DNA of 64,000 nucleotides from Elusimicrobiota bacterium (GTDB lineage Bacteria; Elusimicrobiota; Endomicrobiia; Endomicrobiales; JBDRNC01): NCBI GenBank assembly GCA_043811535.1, contig JBDRNC010000004.1, positions 1 to 64,000 of the forward strand, read 5' to 3'. Shown piece by piece: positions 40,539 to 50,426 of this stretch (position 1 is its first letter; each line of letters starts with the position of its first letter). The notes under the pieces were generated by a model. It saw only the letters and a program-made list of their open reading frames with translations, ran no database searches and was not told where the DNA came from. The position numbers and the translations under genes were made by a program.

Positions 40539-41939
40539 CTACGCCCCCTTCTGCGTTTTTGGTAGTAAAAAGATAAACGAGGTCGATACCCCGTATTCCG
40601 ATTGCGCGAATATCTGTCCTTTATGCATTTCAACTATATCCTTGCTGATTGCCAGCCCCAGCCCGGTACCTCTTCTTCTTTCTTTATGATGCTCCAGGCT
40701 ATCGCTCTGTTCAAAGCGATTAAACAACTTATTAATATTTTCTGTTTTTATGCCTTTCCCGGAATTCTTTACTTCACAGCGTATCTTATTATCAACCGGC
40801 CATACCTTTATTTCGATTTTCCCGTTTTCCGAGGTAAACTTTATCGCGTTTCCCACAAGATTTATGATAATCCTCTTTACATGGTCCTCATCGCACTCCA
40901 GCTCCACCCTTTCCCTTGATCCCGACAGAACACACTCCACCTTCTTTTCAATGCAGACCATCTTGTTCATGTTCACCACGTCCTGCGCCATGTCGAACAT
41001 ATTGCTTTTCTTGAAATCCAAATCGAACTTACCGCTTTTTATCTTTGCCAGGTCAAGAATGTTGTTTATGAACCCGCTTAACCTTTCCGACGCTTTTCGG
41101 ATTAAGTTCAGGTGATTCACCTGTGTTACGTTAATTTCCCCGTCCTGTTCCGAAAGAAGCCTTTCTACATACGATAACACCGACGCTATCGGGCTTCTCA
41201 ACTCATGGGACACGTTATTGACAAAATCATCCTTTAATTCCTCCACTTCTTTCCTTTTTACCACCATTTGGTTAAATTCTTTTGTCACACGCGCAATCTC
41301 ATCGCGACCACGCGGATTCACTTTTACCGTTAAATCCCCCGCCGCTACTTCTTTGCACGCCTTTGCAAGCCTTACTAAAGGCCTTGAAATAGTTTCTGAA
41401 AATATCAGGACAAATAAAAGCCCGAACAACAGGCTGTAGAGCGTGTATTCCTTTATCTGTTTAGCAACTACATCGATTTTCTTGTCTATTACCGCAACAA
41501 TTATGTCATTATCATATTTGACTCTCATTTTGCCTAAATATGTCTTCCTGACCGCGGCCGTTACATCTGTTTCTTTTATTATCAGATTTCCCTGATCAGC
41601 GTCTTTTCCTTCGAAAACATTTCCTATCCGGTCAGTCATTGTATCGGCTACTATGCGGCCATGGCTGTTTAAAAGCGTTATGCCGCGCAGCGAATTATCC
41701 CCTTTTTCCCTGTCGCCCCTTTGAACGGCTTTTATGTAGTTAATGATCGGAACAAATTCACTCGCTTCCATATTGTCCGCGACGATTATTGCCAGTTTAT
41801 TGACTTCTTCCCCCTTGTTCTTGATAACATCTTCATACATAACGCTTCGCATGAGGTTATAAAAAAGCATACTTGCCGGTGTAAGGGCAAGTATAGCTAT
41901 GAACGTCATGGTGAGTATCAGTTTATATCGTATGCCCAT
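40539..41939 (-). CDS. HAMP-domain sensor histidine kinase
   Basis: Two TM segments, HAMP, VSHELRSP, NLVGNAIKFT, GTGLGLAISK. Confidence 0.95.
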   Translation of the reverse strand: MGIRYKLILTMTFIAILALTPASMLFYNLMRSVMYEDVIKNKGEEVNKLAIIVADNMEASEFVPIINYIKAVQRGDREKGDNSLRGITLLNSHGRIVADTMTDRIGNVFEGKDADQGNLIIKETDVTAAVRKTYLGKMRVKYDNDIIVAVIDKKIDVVAKQIKEYTLYSLLFGLLFVLIFSETISRPLVRLAKACKEVAAGDLTVKVNPRGRDEIARVTKEFNQMVVKRKEVEELKDDFVNNVSHELRSPIASVLSYVERLLSEQDGEINVTQVNHLNLIRKASERLSGFINNILDLAKIKSGKFDLDFKKSNMFDMAQDVVNMNKMVCIEKKVECVLSGSRERVELECDEDHVKRIIINLVGNAIKFTSENGKIEIKVWPVDNKIRCEVKNSGKGIKTENINKLFNRFEQSDSLEHHKERRRGTGLGLAISKDIVEMHKGQIFAQSEYGVSTSFIFLLPKTQKGA

Positions 41940-41945
41940 TTTATG

Positions 41946-42055
41946 GTGATGCTCCTTCCCGAAAGTGTCGGATAGGCTTCTTTAATAACGCAGCCTACTG
42001 CGACATCATTATGCATTCACCCTCCGACGAAAGTCGGGGGGATTTCATGTCGCAT
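41946..42055 (-). mobile_element. Short palindromic element resembling joined IS200/IS605 ends (non-autonomous remnant)
   Basis: GAAATCCCCCGAC-TTTC-GTCGGAGGGTGAATG hairpin, then GAAGCC...GGGAAGGAGCATCAC ending in TCAC; outer stem TGCGACAT/ATGTCGCA. Confidence 0.45.
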
Positions 42056-42058
42056 GTA

Positions 42059-43822
42059 TTAATTGCTCTTATCCCGTTTTACCCTTTTTAATGCCTTTAC
42101 TGCCGGCGCGTATTTCGGATTTAAGCTCCTGCATTCTTCCCAATAGTTTTGCGCGCTGTCTATTTTCCCGTTCGAATATTCTATAACCCCTTTATTGAAC
42201 AGGTCATTGCAGCGTATATCAACATATTCGTCCATATACGTTTTTATTGCGCTGTTATCACTGTCCAACTCTATCCCGCGGCGCCACATCCGGCTCGCCT
42301 CTTTTAGATCTTCGCCGGCCGCGAAGGTATCGTATCCGCTTCGAGAATATGCGTCTGAACAATACTTCCTTGTTTTTGATTTGTATTTTCCGTCACCTGT
42401 TGCAAGATATTTCTCAAAACTGTCAATGGCTTTTTTAATATCCCCGCGCAGATAGTTCTGCAGCCCGTCCTGGTAAAGGGCCCATGCCATTTCTTTTGCT
42501 TTTCCGGCTTCAGCTTCGGCTTTAAGCTTATCCAACTCTTCTTGCGATATTTTAACTTGTTGTTCTTCGTTTTTCAATTCTTCAAGCATTCTTTTTGCTT
42601 CTACTTTTATATATACCGCCTTATATTTCATATACGCCTGGTTCATGAAACCTAAAGCCGAGTCATATACCCCTTTTTTCGCAGCGTCTTCCGCCATATT
42701 CTTATATGCATCAATTTCCTTTACTTCCGGTTCTGTCACGCCCTGGGTAAATATCGCCTTGTCACGCTCTTCCACCGCATCCTTTGCCCTGAGTTCATAT
42801 CTTATCCTGTTTTCTTGTGAAATGTCCTGCCGGTCTTTGTCCAACGCTTCCAAGAACTCAATCTTCGCGTATCGGTTGACCCTGGCGCCCATTTTCGGGC
42901 TAAACTGGTATTTGAGCTCCATCGCTTGGGTATCGCCTATAAGCGTTGAAGGCCGCCAGACAAGGTTAATTCCCATGTTTTCCCACATAATACCCATGCC
43001 AGCCGTGATACCCGCCTCTGGACCCAAATCCTTGCGCTCCGTAGTGTATCCTGCGCGTATTACACCCCACATCTGCTGCCCGATGTCTATCCTGTACTCG
43101 CCGCCTCCGGCATAGAAACTGCGGCTCCCGGGGCCGGACTCCGCGCTTAGTCCAATCAGCAGCCGTTCTTCGGACATAAACCAGCGTGATATCCCATAAG
43201 CTAACGTAACCGGAGTATCCTCTTCGTTAATAAACTTCGGTTTTGTTCCTATATTGCGTACAGCGATTCCAAACCGCGACTTGTCATTGTTTTCAATCCG
43301 GAACATCAGCCCAAAATCCGAAAGAAAATTCATTGACGTTTCGCTTTCGATCTTTTCGCTTATTATTCGAGCGGTAACCCCTACGCCCGTTATACGGTAT
43401 TTTTCTAACTCTTCAAACCTTTTGGCCAGTGTAACGCCAAAAGCAACTGTACTATCGTTATACTTCACGCCTACAATGTTTCCCTGGTTATCTACGGAAT
43501 CAATGTCCCCTGACTGAAAAGCGTTCAGATTCATGCCCAGTACCGTATTTTTCGACAGTCTGTAGGACATTAATGCCTGCTGGAACCCTATTCCTTCCGG
43601 ATATCCGGTATAATTGACCGATACCGACTTGCCAAGCGCGCCAATCATTGATGCCGGGTTTATTTCCGCTTCCGCCTCGCCGCCTTCAACGCCGGCAACT
43701 GCGTTGGCCATCCCCAGCGTTCCGGGGTTATTCTTGATTTTCATTAACATGTTCCCGTAGGATCCAAAACATACACTTGAAAACAAAAACATAATACTCA
43801 TAATAGCATTAATTTTTTTCAT
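42059..43822 (-). CDS. PorV/PorQ-like outer-membrane beta-barrel fused to C-terminal TPRs
   Basis: Signal peptide; LGMANA, INPAS, IRAGY, GITAGMG, LIGDTQAMELKYQF; then helical TPR-like repeats. Confidence 0.8.
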   Translation of the reverse strand: MKKINAIMSIMFLFSSVCFGSYGNMLMKIKNNPGTLGMANAVAGVEGGEAEAEINPASMIGALGKSVSVNYTGYPEGIGFQQALMSYRLSKNTVLGMNLNAFQSGDIDSVDNQGNIVGVKYNDSTVAFGVTLAKRFEELEKYRITGVGVTARIISEKIESETSMNFLSDFGLMFRIENNDKSRFGIAVRNIGTKPKFINEEDTPVTLAYGISRWFMSEERLLIGLSAESGPGSRSFYAGGGEYRIDIGQQMWGVIRAGYTTERKDLGPEAGITAGMGIMWENMGINLVWRPSTLIGDTQAMELKYQFSPKMGARVNRYAKIEFLEALDKDRQDISQENRIRYELRAKDAVEERDKAIFTQGVTEPEVKEIDAYKNMAEDAAKKGVYDSALGFMNQAYMKYKAVYIKVEAKRMLEELKNEEQQVKISQEELDKLKAEAEAGKAKEMAWALYQDGLQNYLRGDIKKAIDSFEKYLATGDGKYKSKTRKYCSDAYSRSGYDTFAAGEDLKEASRMWRRGIELDSDNSAIKTYMDEYVDIRCNDLFNKGVIEYSNGKIDSAQNYWEECRSLNPKYAPAVKALKRVKRDKSN

Positions 43823-43833
43823 TTATCCCTCCG

Positions 43834-46800
43834 TTACCGCGCTATAGAAACCTTTCCTTTTTTCTTTTCACCGTTGTCGTTGGTGACAACGTATATGTAC
43901 AACCCGCTGCCGGCATTCTCCCCGCAGTCGCTTCGGCCGTCCCATACGTACCGGCCGTTATATGACCCGTCTATTGTTTTATCCAGCCACATCTGGCCTG
44001 ACAGGTCAAAGAGGCGGATCCTGCAATCTTTCGTCAGGTTATCGAATATCATATTATTTCCGGAGAATATCCCTGATGTTCCCGGTTTCCATGGGTTCGG
44101 GTATACTATCAGCGAGTCCAGTGTTGAAGCGTATTTTATTCCGCCTATCCCGTATACGCTGAATGATTTCGTCTTTATTTTTACCTTCTTGCTTGTCTTG
44201 TCTATCTCTATGTCATTCTTATCAAGCTCCGTCCACACCCCGTCTTTGTATTTATATCCCGTAAGCCTTTTAACGGGGATATTGCTACGGTCCTCTATAC
44301 CGTCGTTATCTGTGTCCTTGTATGGTATTTCTATTGTGACCTCTTTACTAAACTCTTCGTCTACGAGTTCGCCCGTAGACGATTTGTACAGTTTTACGCT
44401 TACTATCCCGTTTTCCAGTATCTCGCCGTTATTTGACGGCAGTGCCATGGTTTCGACGTTTGCCGGCGCTCTGCCTGACTGCGCTTCATAATAGTAGTTT
44501 TCGCCAAGGATGTTCGCGGGTATTACTATCGTTATTATCCCGTCTTCTATCGTTATATTTATTATGTTCTCAAGATACACCAGGGCAAGCATCAGCGGCT
44601 TTGTCACCACTTTTAATATATTCGAATACAGGTCGTCTTGCGCTCCCATGTCGTTGTATGCCGCTACCCGGTAATAGTACGTTGTTCCCGGCCCGACACC
44701 CGTATCCTTGTATGTGTTACTTGACAGGCAGGTATCCCAAATCACAATATTTGTCCAGTCTATCTGGTTACGTGATCGCTCTATCTTATACCGCACCGCG
44801 CCTGCAGTATACTGTAAATCCACTGATGTCGGCCCAGGCGGCGTCGCCGTTGCTACTGTTATTTCCATATTAGAGTATGTTTTTGATGCCTCTGAAGTGC
44901 CGCCGTATATGCCTATGTCTATCCTGCTTCCGTTTGGCGACGATTCCGCTCCCACGTTGTCCGTCGCGTCGCCTTTATCTATGCACGGGCTGTGCACGAT
45001 ATCTCGTACCCAGCTGGATCCGTCCCAACGCCCTGTCTTTGATTTCAGGTGATAGTCATGGTTGCCTACATCATAGAAACATGGGTCTAATGCCACGTCG
45101 GTTGAAGTCGATATATTAATACCTACCACTGTCGCGTTATAAAAACAGTTATACTTTATATCATAATCATTTGCAGAAGTACCTTCCGACAGGATCATCG
45201 CATTACCGTTCCTGAATATGTTGTTCTTAACAGTTACTTTATTTGCCGTAATACCTCCCGCGCTGTTTCTTAAGATAAGCCCCATTGTGGAAGGGTTGTC
45301 AAACAAGTTGTTTTCTATTATTGTATCGTAATGAATGGACGACGTCGCTCCCATATCCATTACAACCCCGTATTGCGACCCGTAAGATGTTATTCTCCGT
45401 ATCTCTATTCCCGTGCTCCCAGTGCTTATCCTTATACCTGTACCCATCGGGGTATTAAACACAAGGTCAGATACCACCACAGAACTCATTTTAATATAAA
45501 ACGCGTTATCAGATGAATTTACTTTTGAATTCTGTCTGTCCGTCCCGATAAAAGCGGTTTTCCTGTCGATAATACCTACAATAGGATTACCGAGATTTTG
45601 AATTGTTATTGAACCGTTATAGTTTCCCGCCTTTACATATATCCAATCTCCGGTAAGGATAGTTGATACTGCTTTATTGAGTGTCAACCACGGAGCCGTT
45701 TCTGACCCCTCTGCAGAGTCGCTACCAATCGTTTCATCAACATAAAACCCTTCACTTGTTGATCCTGAATACGTATTTGCGCGCGGCGATACAGAGTCTA
45801 TAGCAGATACTGCCCCGTATTCTTCAATAGACTTAATCGCAAAGTTGTAAAGCGTATTATTTGACAGACCGCTTACAATTAGCGATTCTGTGTTCCCTGC
45901 CGCAGCGGGCGCGTTTGTAGGTATTGTAGTTGCAGCGTTAAACTCAGCTTCCGTATTTATAGCCGTCAGACCATATTTCAATACATAAGACGTAGCTGTG
46001 CCGGTATATTCATCGTTCCCGGGCGCTGTCCATGTAAGTTTGATCCACCCCGGCCTCATGTACTTCGTTGCCGCAAGGTTTGTTATTGATCCAGGCGACT
46101 TTGTTAATGTTTTTGTGTATCCAAGGTATGTCCAATCGCTTGATATGTTCTCATGGTTGACAGTTTTCACCTGACACCAGTGCGACGTATCAGGCAATAA
46201 AGCTGAATAAATAACAGATATGTTTACTGTCTGGCTCGACACCGTCGTCCCGGTAAAACCGCTCCATGTAGCCTTTTGTACTACATACACCGTTCCGCCG
46301 GCATTGCCGTTATCCGTCCAGTTAGCCGTCAACTCAAGTTTTCCAACACCTGTATATGCCGCAGATACCGGACATGTAGAAAGAGTCACCTTACTTCCAA
46401 ACGACACCCAGTTTACGTTTTCTTGGCCGTTTATAGAACCTACTCTGTACCAGTATGTTGTGTTGGTTGATAACTCCGTATACTCAGCACTTGTCAGATA
46501 GGTATCTGAAGAAACTACCGTTCCAGTAAAACCGTTCCACGTTGACTTGTTCACTCGGTAAACCGTCACACCGTCCGTATTCCCATTATGCGTCCAATTG
46601 ACCTGCGTTTTGTCATTACTTACTCCTGAATACGCAGCCACAGCCGGAGGATATGTATAAGTCATAATCGACATCACCGGACAAGCATTTGTCGGTACAG
46701 ACCCTCCGTTGACAGCATAAATGCTTACCCAGTATGTTGTGTTAGCCGTAAGACCGCTAACACTCCCCGAATTAGTGGTTACTGTAGAAGTAAGCAACGC

Positions 46801-48234
46801 AGACGCATCGGTCACCTCCGCTGTCGCAACCTGTATTATAAATTTTGTTCCTATAGTGTTGCCGTTCATTCCCCACGTGGCACCAATTTGATAAGTTGTA
46901 GGCACTGTCAAAGATAGGTTTATCGGTGGGTTTGCTAATGTATAAGCAGACAACGTTATTGTGTTGGATGTACCCCCTAAGTTAAACGACTGTATATACC
47001 TTGAATAATTATTATTAGTTTGCAGTGGACATGTTGAACCCTCAACAAAATAAGTAGTGTCAACGGCCAACGTGCTAATTACCCACCCCGTAGAGCTAAC
47101 AACCCTATACCCTGCTTCCCCAGCTACATCTGTCCAGTTCCATTGTATCGTCGAAGTAGTTATGTTACTTATATACGCATCTCCCGCTAAGTTCGGGACT
47201 GGATAATGATATATATACAATAAATCATTATTAACGCTATCTTTACAAGTAATAGCTGTATTTCCGTTTTTATCAATTCCAATACCTATTCGTACATTAG
47301 CTACCGAACTTCTAGCTATTTCATTCGTCCACGCGCCACCTTCATATTTGCATGCCACTAAATCACCAGATGAATTCGTAAATATTACATAAACCACGCC
47401 GTTATTACATATTGACTCGAGAGAATCACATGTATTGTTTGTATATATCTTAACCGGCGTAGTCCATCCCGTCCCGGTATAACTTGTGATGTATACTCCA
47501 TCATTGGTACGGCTATATGATACCCACGGATAATCGGCCGCATCATACGCTAATGCAGATGAGAGGACGTTGTTTCCTACGCTGGAAAGACTTGCCGATT
47601 GCGAACGCCATATTCCGCTTGGATTTGCAGATGAATAGTATACTGTATTTGCCGTATTCTTACAAAAAGTTGCTCCTATTACATTGCTATTGTTTTTTTT
47701 CATTCTAATACTTTTGCCGTCATGAGCATAAACATTGTCTAATCTGACCGAAGTCCAGGTACCACCGACCAACTTACACCCATATACATATTCGGAACTG
47801 TCTATATACGTCACAATTGGACAATTGTCTGTAGACACCACAACAGCTCTGTCATAAGATGTGTTTGCCGCATTAACAACACTTAAGGACCATCCAGTAG
47901 GCGTAGATGATGTATATTCAACGCCTCCAGGCCCCTTATACACTATATGCGAAACCTTTGTATTTGTATCAACATATAAACATGAATATGCGCCAGCATC
48001 TCCGGTGATCTTAATAGAACTTATCGACCATTCCGTCCCAGTATAAGAAGCATACTTCAAATCGAAATTGCCGGCATCATAATACGAAATACACGGATTA
48101 CCATCCCAGTCATACGCCAATGAGGAATACCCACCTACATTGTCAACACTGTCTACAGTTTGTGCCACCCATGCCGCATATGCTATCTGGCATACGAACA
48201 TCATACTCATAATAGCAAACATAAATCTTTTCAT
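43834..48234 (-). CDS. Large secreted protein: propeller-like N-terminus, FN3 repeats, right-handed beta-helix, C-terminal FlgD-Ig/T9SS-like sorting domain
   Basis: Signal peptide; DLKYA repeats; W..NGN..GT.Y.V FN3 repeats; LTWTAPGND; GSETAPWLTLNKAV; DYHLKSKTGRWDG...SPCIDKGD; IVYPNPWKPG...WDGR...SGLYIYVV. Confidence 0.88.
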   Translation of the reverse strand: MKRFMFAIMSMMFVCQIAYAAWVAQTVDSVDNVGGYSSLAYDWDGNPCISYYDAGNFDLKYASYTGTEWSISSIKITGDAGAYSCLYVDTNTKVSHIVYKGPGGVEYTSSTPTGWSLSVVNAANTSYDRAVVVSTDNCPIVTYIDSSEYVYGCKLVGGTWTSVRLDNVYAHDGKSIRMKKNNSNVIGATFCKNTANTVYYSSANPSGIWRSQSASLSSVGNNVLSSALAYDAADYPWVSYSRTNDGVYITSYTGTGWTTPVKIYTNNTCDSLESICNNGVVYVIFTNSSGDLVACKYEGGAWTNEIARSSVANVRIGIGIDKNGNTAITCKDSVNNDLLYIYHYPVPNLAGDAYISNITTSTIQWNWTDVAGEAGYRVVSSTGWVISTLAVDTTYFVEGSTCPLQTNNNYSRYIQSFNLGGTSNTITLSAYTLANPPINLSLTVPTTYQIGATWGMNGNTIGTKFIIQVATAEVTDASALLTSTVTTNSGSVSGLTANTTYWVSIYAVNGGSVPTNACPVMSIMTYTYPPAVAAYSGVSNDKTQVNWTHNGNTDGVTVYRVNKSTWNGFTGTVVSSDTYLTSAEYTELSTNTTYWYRVGSINGQENVNWVSFGSKVTLSTCPVSAAYTGVGKLELTANWTDNGNAGGTVYVVQKATWSGFTGTTVSSQTVNISVIYSALLPDTSHWCQVKTVNHENISSDWTYLGYTKTLTKSPGSITNLAATKYMRPGWIKLTWTAPGNDEYTGTATSYVLKYGLTAINTEAEFNAATTIPTNAPAAAGNTESLIVSGLSNNTLYNFAIKSIEEYGAVSAIDSVSPRANTYSGSTSEGFYVDETIGSDSAEGSETAPWLTLNKAVSTILTGDWIYVKAGNYNGSITIQNLGNPIVGIIDRKTAFIGTDRQNSKVNSSDNAFYIKMSSVVVSDLVFNTPMGTGIRISTGSTGIEIRRITSYGSQYGVVMDMGATSSIHYDTIIENNLFDNPSTMGLILRNSAGGITANKVTVKNNIFRNGNAMILSEGTSANDYDIKYNCFYNATVVGINISTSTDVALDPCFYDVGNHDYHLKSKTGRWDGSSWVRDIVHSPCIDKGDATDNVGAESSPNGSRIDIGIYGGTSEASKTYSNMEITVATATPPGPTSVDLQYTAGAVRYKIERSRNQIDWTNIVIWDTCLSSNTYKDTGVGPGTTYYYRVAAYNDMGAQDDLYSNILKVVTKPLMLALVYLENIINITIEDGIITIVIPANILGENYYYEAQSGRAPANVETMALPSNNGEILENGIVSVKLYKSSTGELVDEEFSKEVTIEIPYKDTDNDGIEDRSNIPVKRLTGYKYKDGVWTELDKNDIEIDKTSKKVKIKTKSFSVYGIGGIKYASTLDSLIVYPNPWKPGTSGIFSGNNMIFDNLTKDCRIRLFDLSGQMWLDKTIDGSYNGRYVWDGRSDCGENAGSGLYIYVVTNDNGEKKKGKVSIAR

Positions 48235-48776
48235 TGTTTCCTCCCATAATTATTATTTTCTATTTTGTTATTTTTCCCGTTATCAAATATATTATTCATC
48301 TCTCTTTCTAGAACGGATATATTCCCCTTTGCAATATTTGAAGATGGATCTATTTTAAGTGCATTTCTAAAACAACTCAAGGCATTTTCGTATTTTCATT
48401 GCCTTGCGTACAATACTCCTAAATTAATATATGCTTTAACATATTTTTTATTAATATTTAAGGCAATTAGAAACTCCTTTTCACTCTTAGAGTATTCTTT
48501 TCTTTCTTCATATACTAGCGCCAAGTCATTATGCGCGTTTATATCATTGTTATTGAGTCTTATAGCCTTATTAAGCAGTATCTCCGCTTGGTCATACAAC
48601 CTCATGGTTGAACATAAACTTCCGTATTTCCCGTAATACCGGTCACTTAAAATCCCCTTATTCTCTTTTTCTATCATTTTATATATGGCATACGCTTTAT
48701 CCAAATTACCCAGATTTTCTTCTACTAATGCCAATTCTATCGCCATGCCTGGCAGCACATGATCTAGTGTCCGCAA
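48231..48776 (-). pseudogene. TPR protein remnant, 5'-truncated and with an in-frame TGA
   Basis: The TPR pattern continues past TGA 48398-48396 (LYARQ*KYENALSCFRNALKIDP) to a TGA that overlaps the ATG at 48234. Confidence 0.75.
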
Positions 48777-48864
48777 ATAATTTAATTGTTTTTGAAGCTA
48801 CGTAGCTGATATTCGCCGCTTCGTTATAGGCGGGTATTATGAGTGATATTTTCAGATTATTCAT
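48770..48864 (-). pseudogene. N-terminal fragment of a GT2 glycosyltransferase
   Basis: ATG at 48864 gives MNNLKISLIIPAYNEAANI, the GT2 IIPAYNE signature; similarity is lost after about 30 codons. Confidence 0.75.
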
Positions 48865-48917
48865 CTTTCTTCTTATCCCTTAACCCCCAAATATTGTAGC
48901 ATTGTTTTTGAGTAATT

Positions 48918-49151
48918 TCATCTATTCTTATTCATTCTTGCAAGTTTTATGAGTTTGGGATATTTGAACTTTTCGATATAGCAGAAATATCTGAAATTTG
49001 AAATCTTTTCGATTAAGATCTCTCGTCCGTCCTTTTCTATAGTCGGCGTATTAAATACAAAGTAAGCCACGGCAATAGCGTCAAGTATTTCATTGCTCTT
49101 TTCCGAAAGCACTGATCTCATTCTTCTTTGGATTTTTTCTTTTGCGTTCAT
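48918..49151 (-). CDS. Hypothetical protein (77 aa)
   Basis: ORF directly downstream of motif copy 3, with a GAGG RBS. Confidence 0.6.
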   Translation of the reverse strand: MNAKEKIQRRMRSVLSEKSNEILDAIAVAYFVFNTPTIEKDGREILIEKISNFRYFCYIEKFKYPKLIKLARMNKNR

Positions 49152-49160
49152 TCTGTTTCC

Positions 49161-49196
49161 TCACTTACAATATACCAATCCGATTCTTTTATTTGT
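49161..49196 (-). promoter_or_regulatory. Conserved promoter-like motif, copy 3
   Basis: ACAAATAAAAGAATC-GGATTGGTATATTGTAAGTGA, ending 9 nt before the ATG at 49151. Confidence 0.8.
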
Positions 49197-49234
49197 TTTG
49201 TAATAATGAAATATCTATCGCATAGTACGGTCTT

Positions 49235-49285
49235 GCACAACCCAACCGACTAATTGACCTGCTTTACCGACTGAGCTACTGACCC
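49235..49285 (-). repeat. Degenerate copy of the tRNA-5'-half/hairpin leader seen at 50725-50775
   Basis: GGGTCAGTAGCTCAGTCGGTAAAGCAGGTCAATTAGTCGGTTGGGTTGTGC versus GGGCCCGTAGCTCAGTCGGTAGAGCAGGCCGACTTTTCGGCCGAGTCGTGC. Confidence 0.7.
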
Positions 49286-49356
49286 GTTGTCTTTTGATGA
49301 TTTTTCCCATATTCAATTGGCCGACCATACACCTCTACAAATACAATTCTTACAAG

Positions 49357-49395
49357 AAAAAGCCGCTATTCGAGGCATCAAGAATAGCGGTTTTT
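49357..49395. terminator. Bidirectional intrinsic terminator
   Basis: AAAAAGCCGCTATTC-N10-GAATAGCGGTTTTT. Confidence 0.7.
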
Positions 49396-49584
49396 CGGCA
49401 CATTTTTACCTGTGTAAAGCGGACGACTTTTTGAGTTTTTAAAGGGTTGGGGGAGACACTTCCGTCGGTAATCTGGGCTGGTGTGCTTTACTTGAAAATA
49501 GTATAGTCACAAATCCGTCACAATCCGAAAAGATGATAAGAAATTGCTGCGTTTTTCTATATTAAAAAAGCATTGAATATTCAA

Positions 49585-49646
49585 CGGAAGGGGCGAGATT
49601 TGAACTCGCGATACCCCAAAGGAGTATACCGGTTTTCGAAATCGGC
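49585..49646 (-). pseudogene. 3' fragment of tRNA-Ser(CGA), probable attachment-site remnant
   Basis: CCGAT-TTCGAAA-ACCGG anticodon arm, long variable arm, GCGAG-TTCAAAT-CTCGC T arm, CCCTTCCG; no D arm or 5' acceptor strand upstream. Confidence 0.8.
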
Positions 49647-50426
49647 TTTTGTGATCGTGTTAATTTTACTATTAACGTAAGCAAAAAACAAGCAAGTAAA
49701 TAATTATTAAGATCGCATTGATGACGGAATTCCATATAAACTCTACTTCACTCTCTATCTCTGTTTATTCGCCTTCATAAACTGCCTCCAAATCCTCGCT
49801 CCATGAGCCATTGATTTCCTTTCTTCTTTTATCCTAATATATTCCGTATCCGATTTTTGCAGCCGCTTCATTTTCATTTTGTCTGATTTCTTCCTTATTG
49901 TTATCTTCATTAACTGTTTTCCCCTTGCGATAGACTAATTTGAGTTTGCGATATTGCCTTGGCCATATATACCCTCTATTTTGCTTAATTGAATTTATTC
50001 TTTGGCTGTTATTCTATCAAATACATCTCAACCAATACAGACGTTTTGGAAAACTTTTTTCTACCTTATCTCCGGTACAATTTCCAAGCGGAGCACACCA
50101 TATTGGGTGTGTGCCTATGCAATTTGGATTTTTTAGCGTTTTGGTGGGTTCTTTTTGTAGCGGAAAATCTTGCCGGAGCGATGGCGCCAAATGAAGGGCT
50201 TTTAGGTTAAGCCGGCCAGAAAAGGTGCCGGGTAAAGAGTTCTTTTTATAGCGGAAATTCTTGTTTTTGAAACCATCACAAAATAAAAATAACGCATTGT
50301 ATTGCGTTATTTGATGTGTTATATTGCTTATTTTGGGAAGTTATTTTTAAATAAGTACGTTATATTTGAGATAGCAGCAGAAGAATAGCAGAAAAATAAT
50401 TGATTTTACCGTCTGAAAATGAGTTC

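Noticed and set aside
48396..48398. In-frame TGA as a sign of a recoded genetic code (TGA = Gly or Trp) or selenocysteine
   Set aside because: Many intact genes here end in TGA with ATGA overlaps, and this gene is also 5'-deleted; a nonsense mutation is simpler.
49740..50210. Possible genes at 49940..50194 and 49989..50210, or a minus-strand remnant
   Set aside because: No RBS or motifs and several stops; at most a decayed fragment that cannot be assigned.
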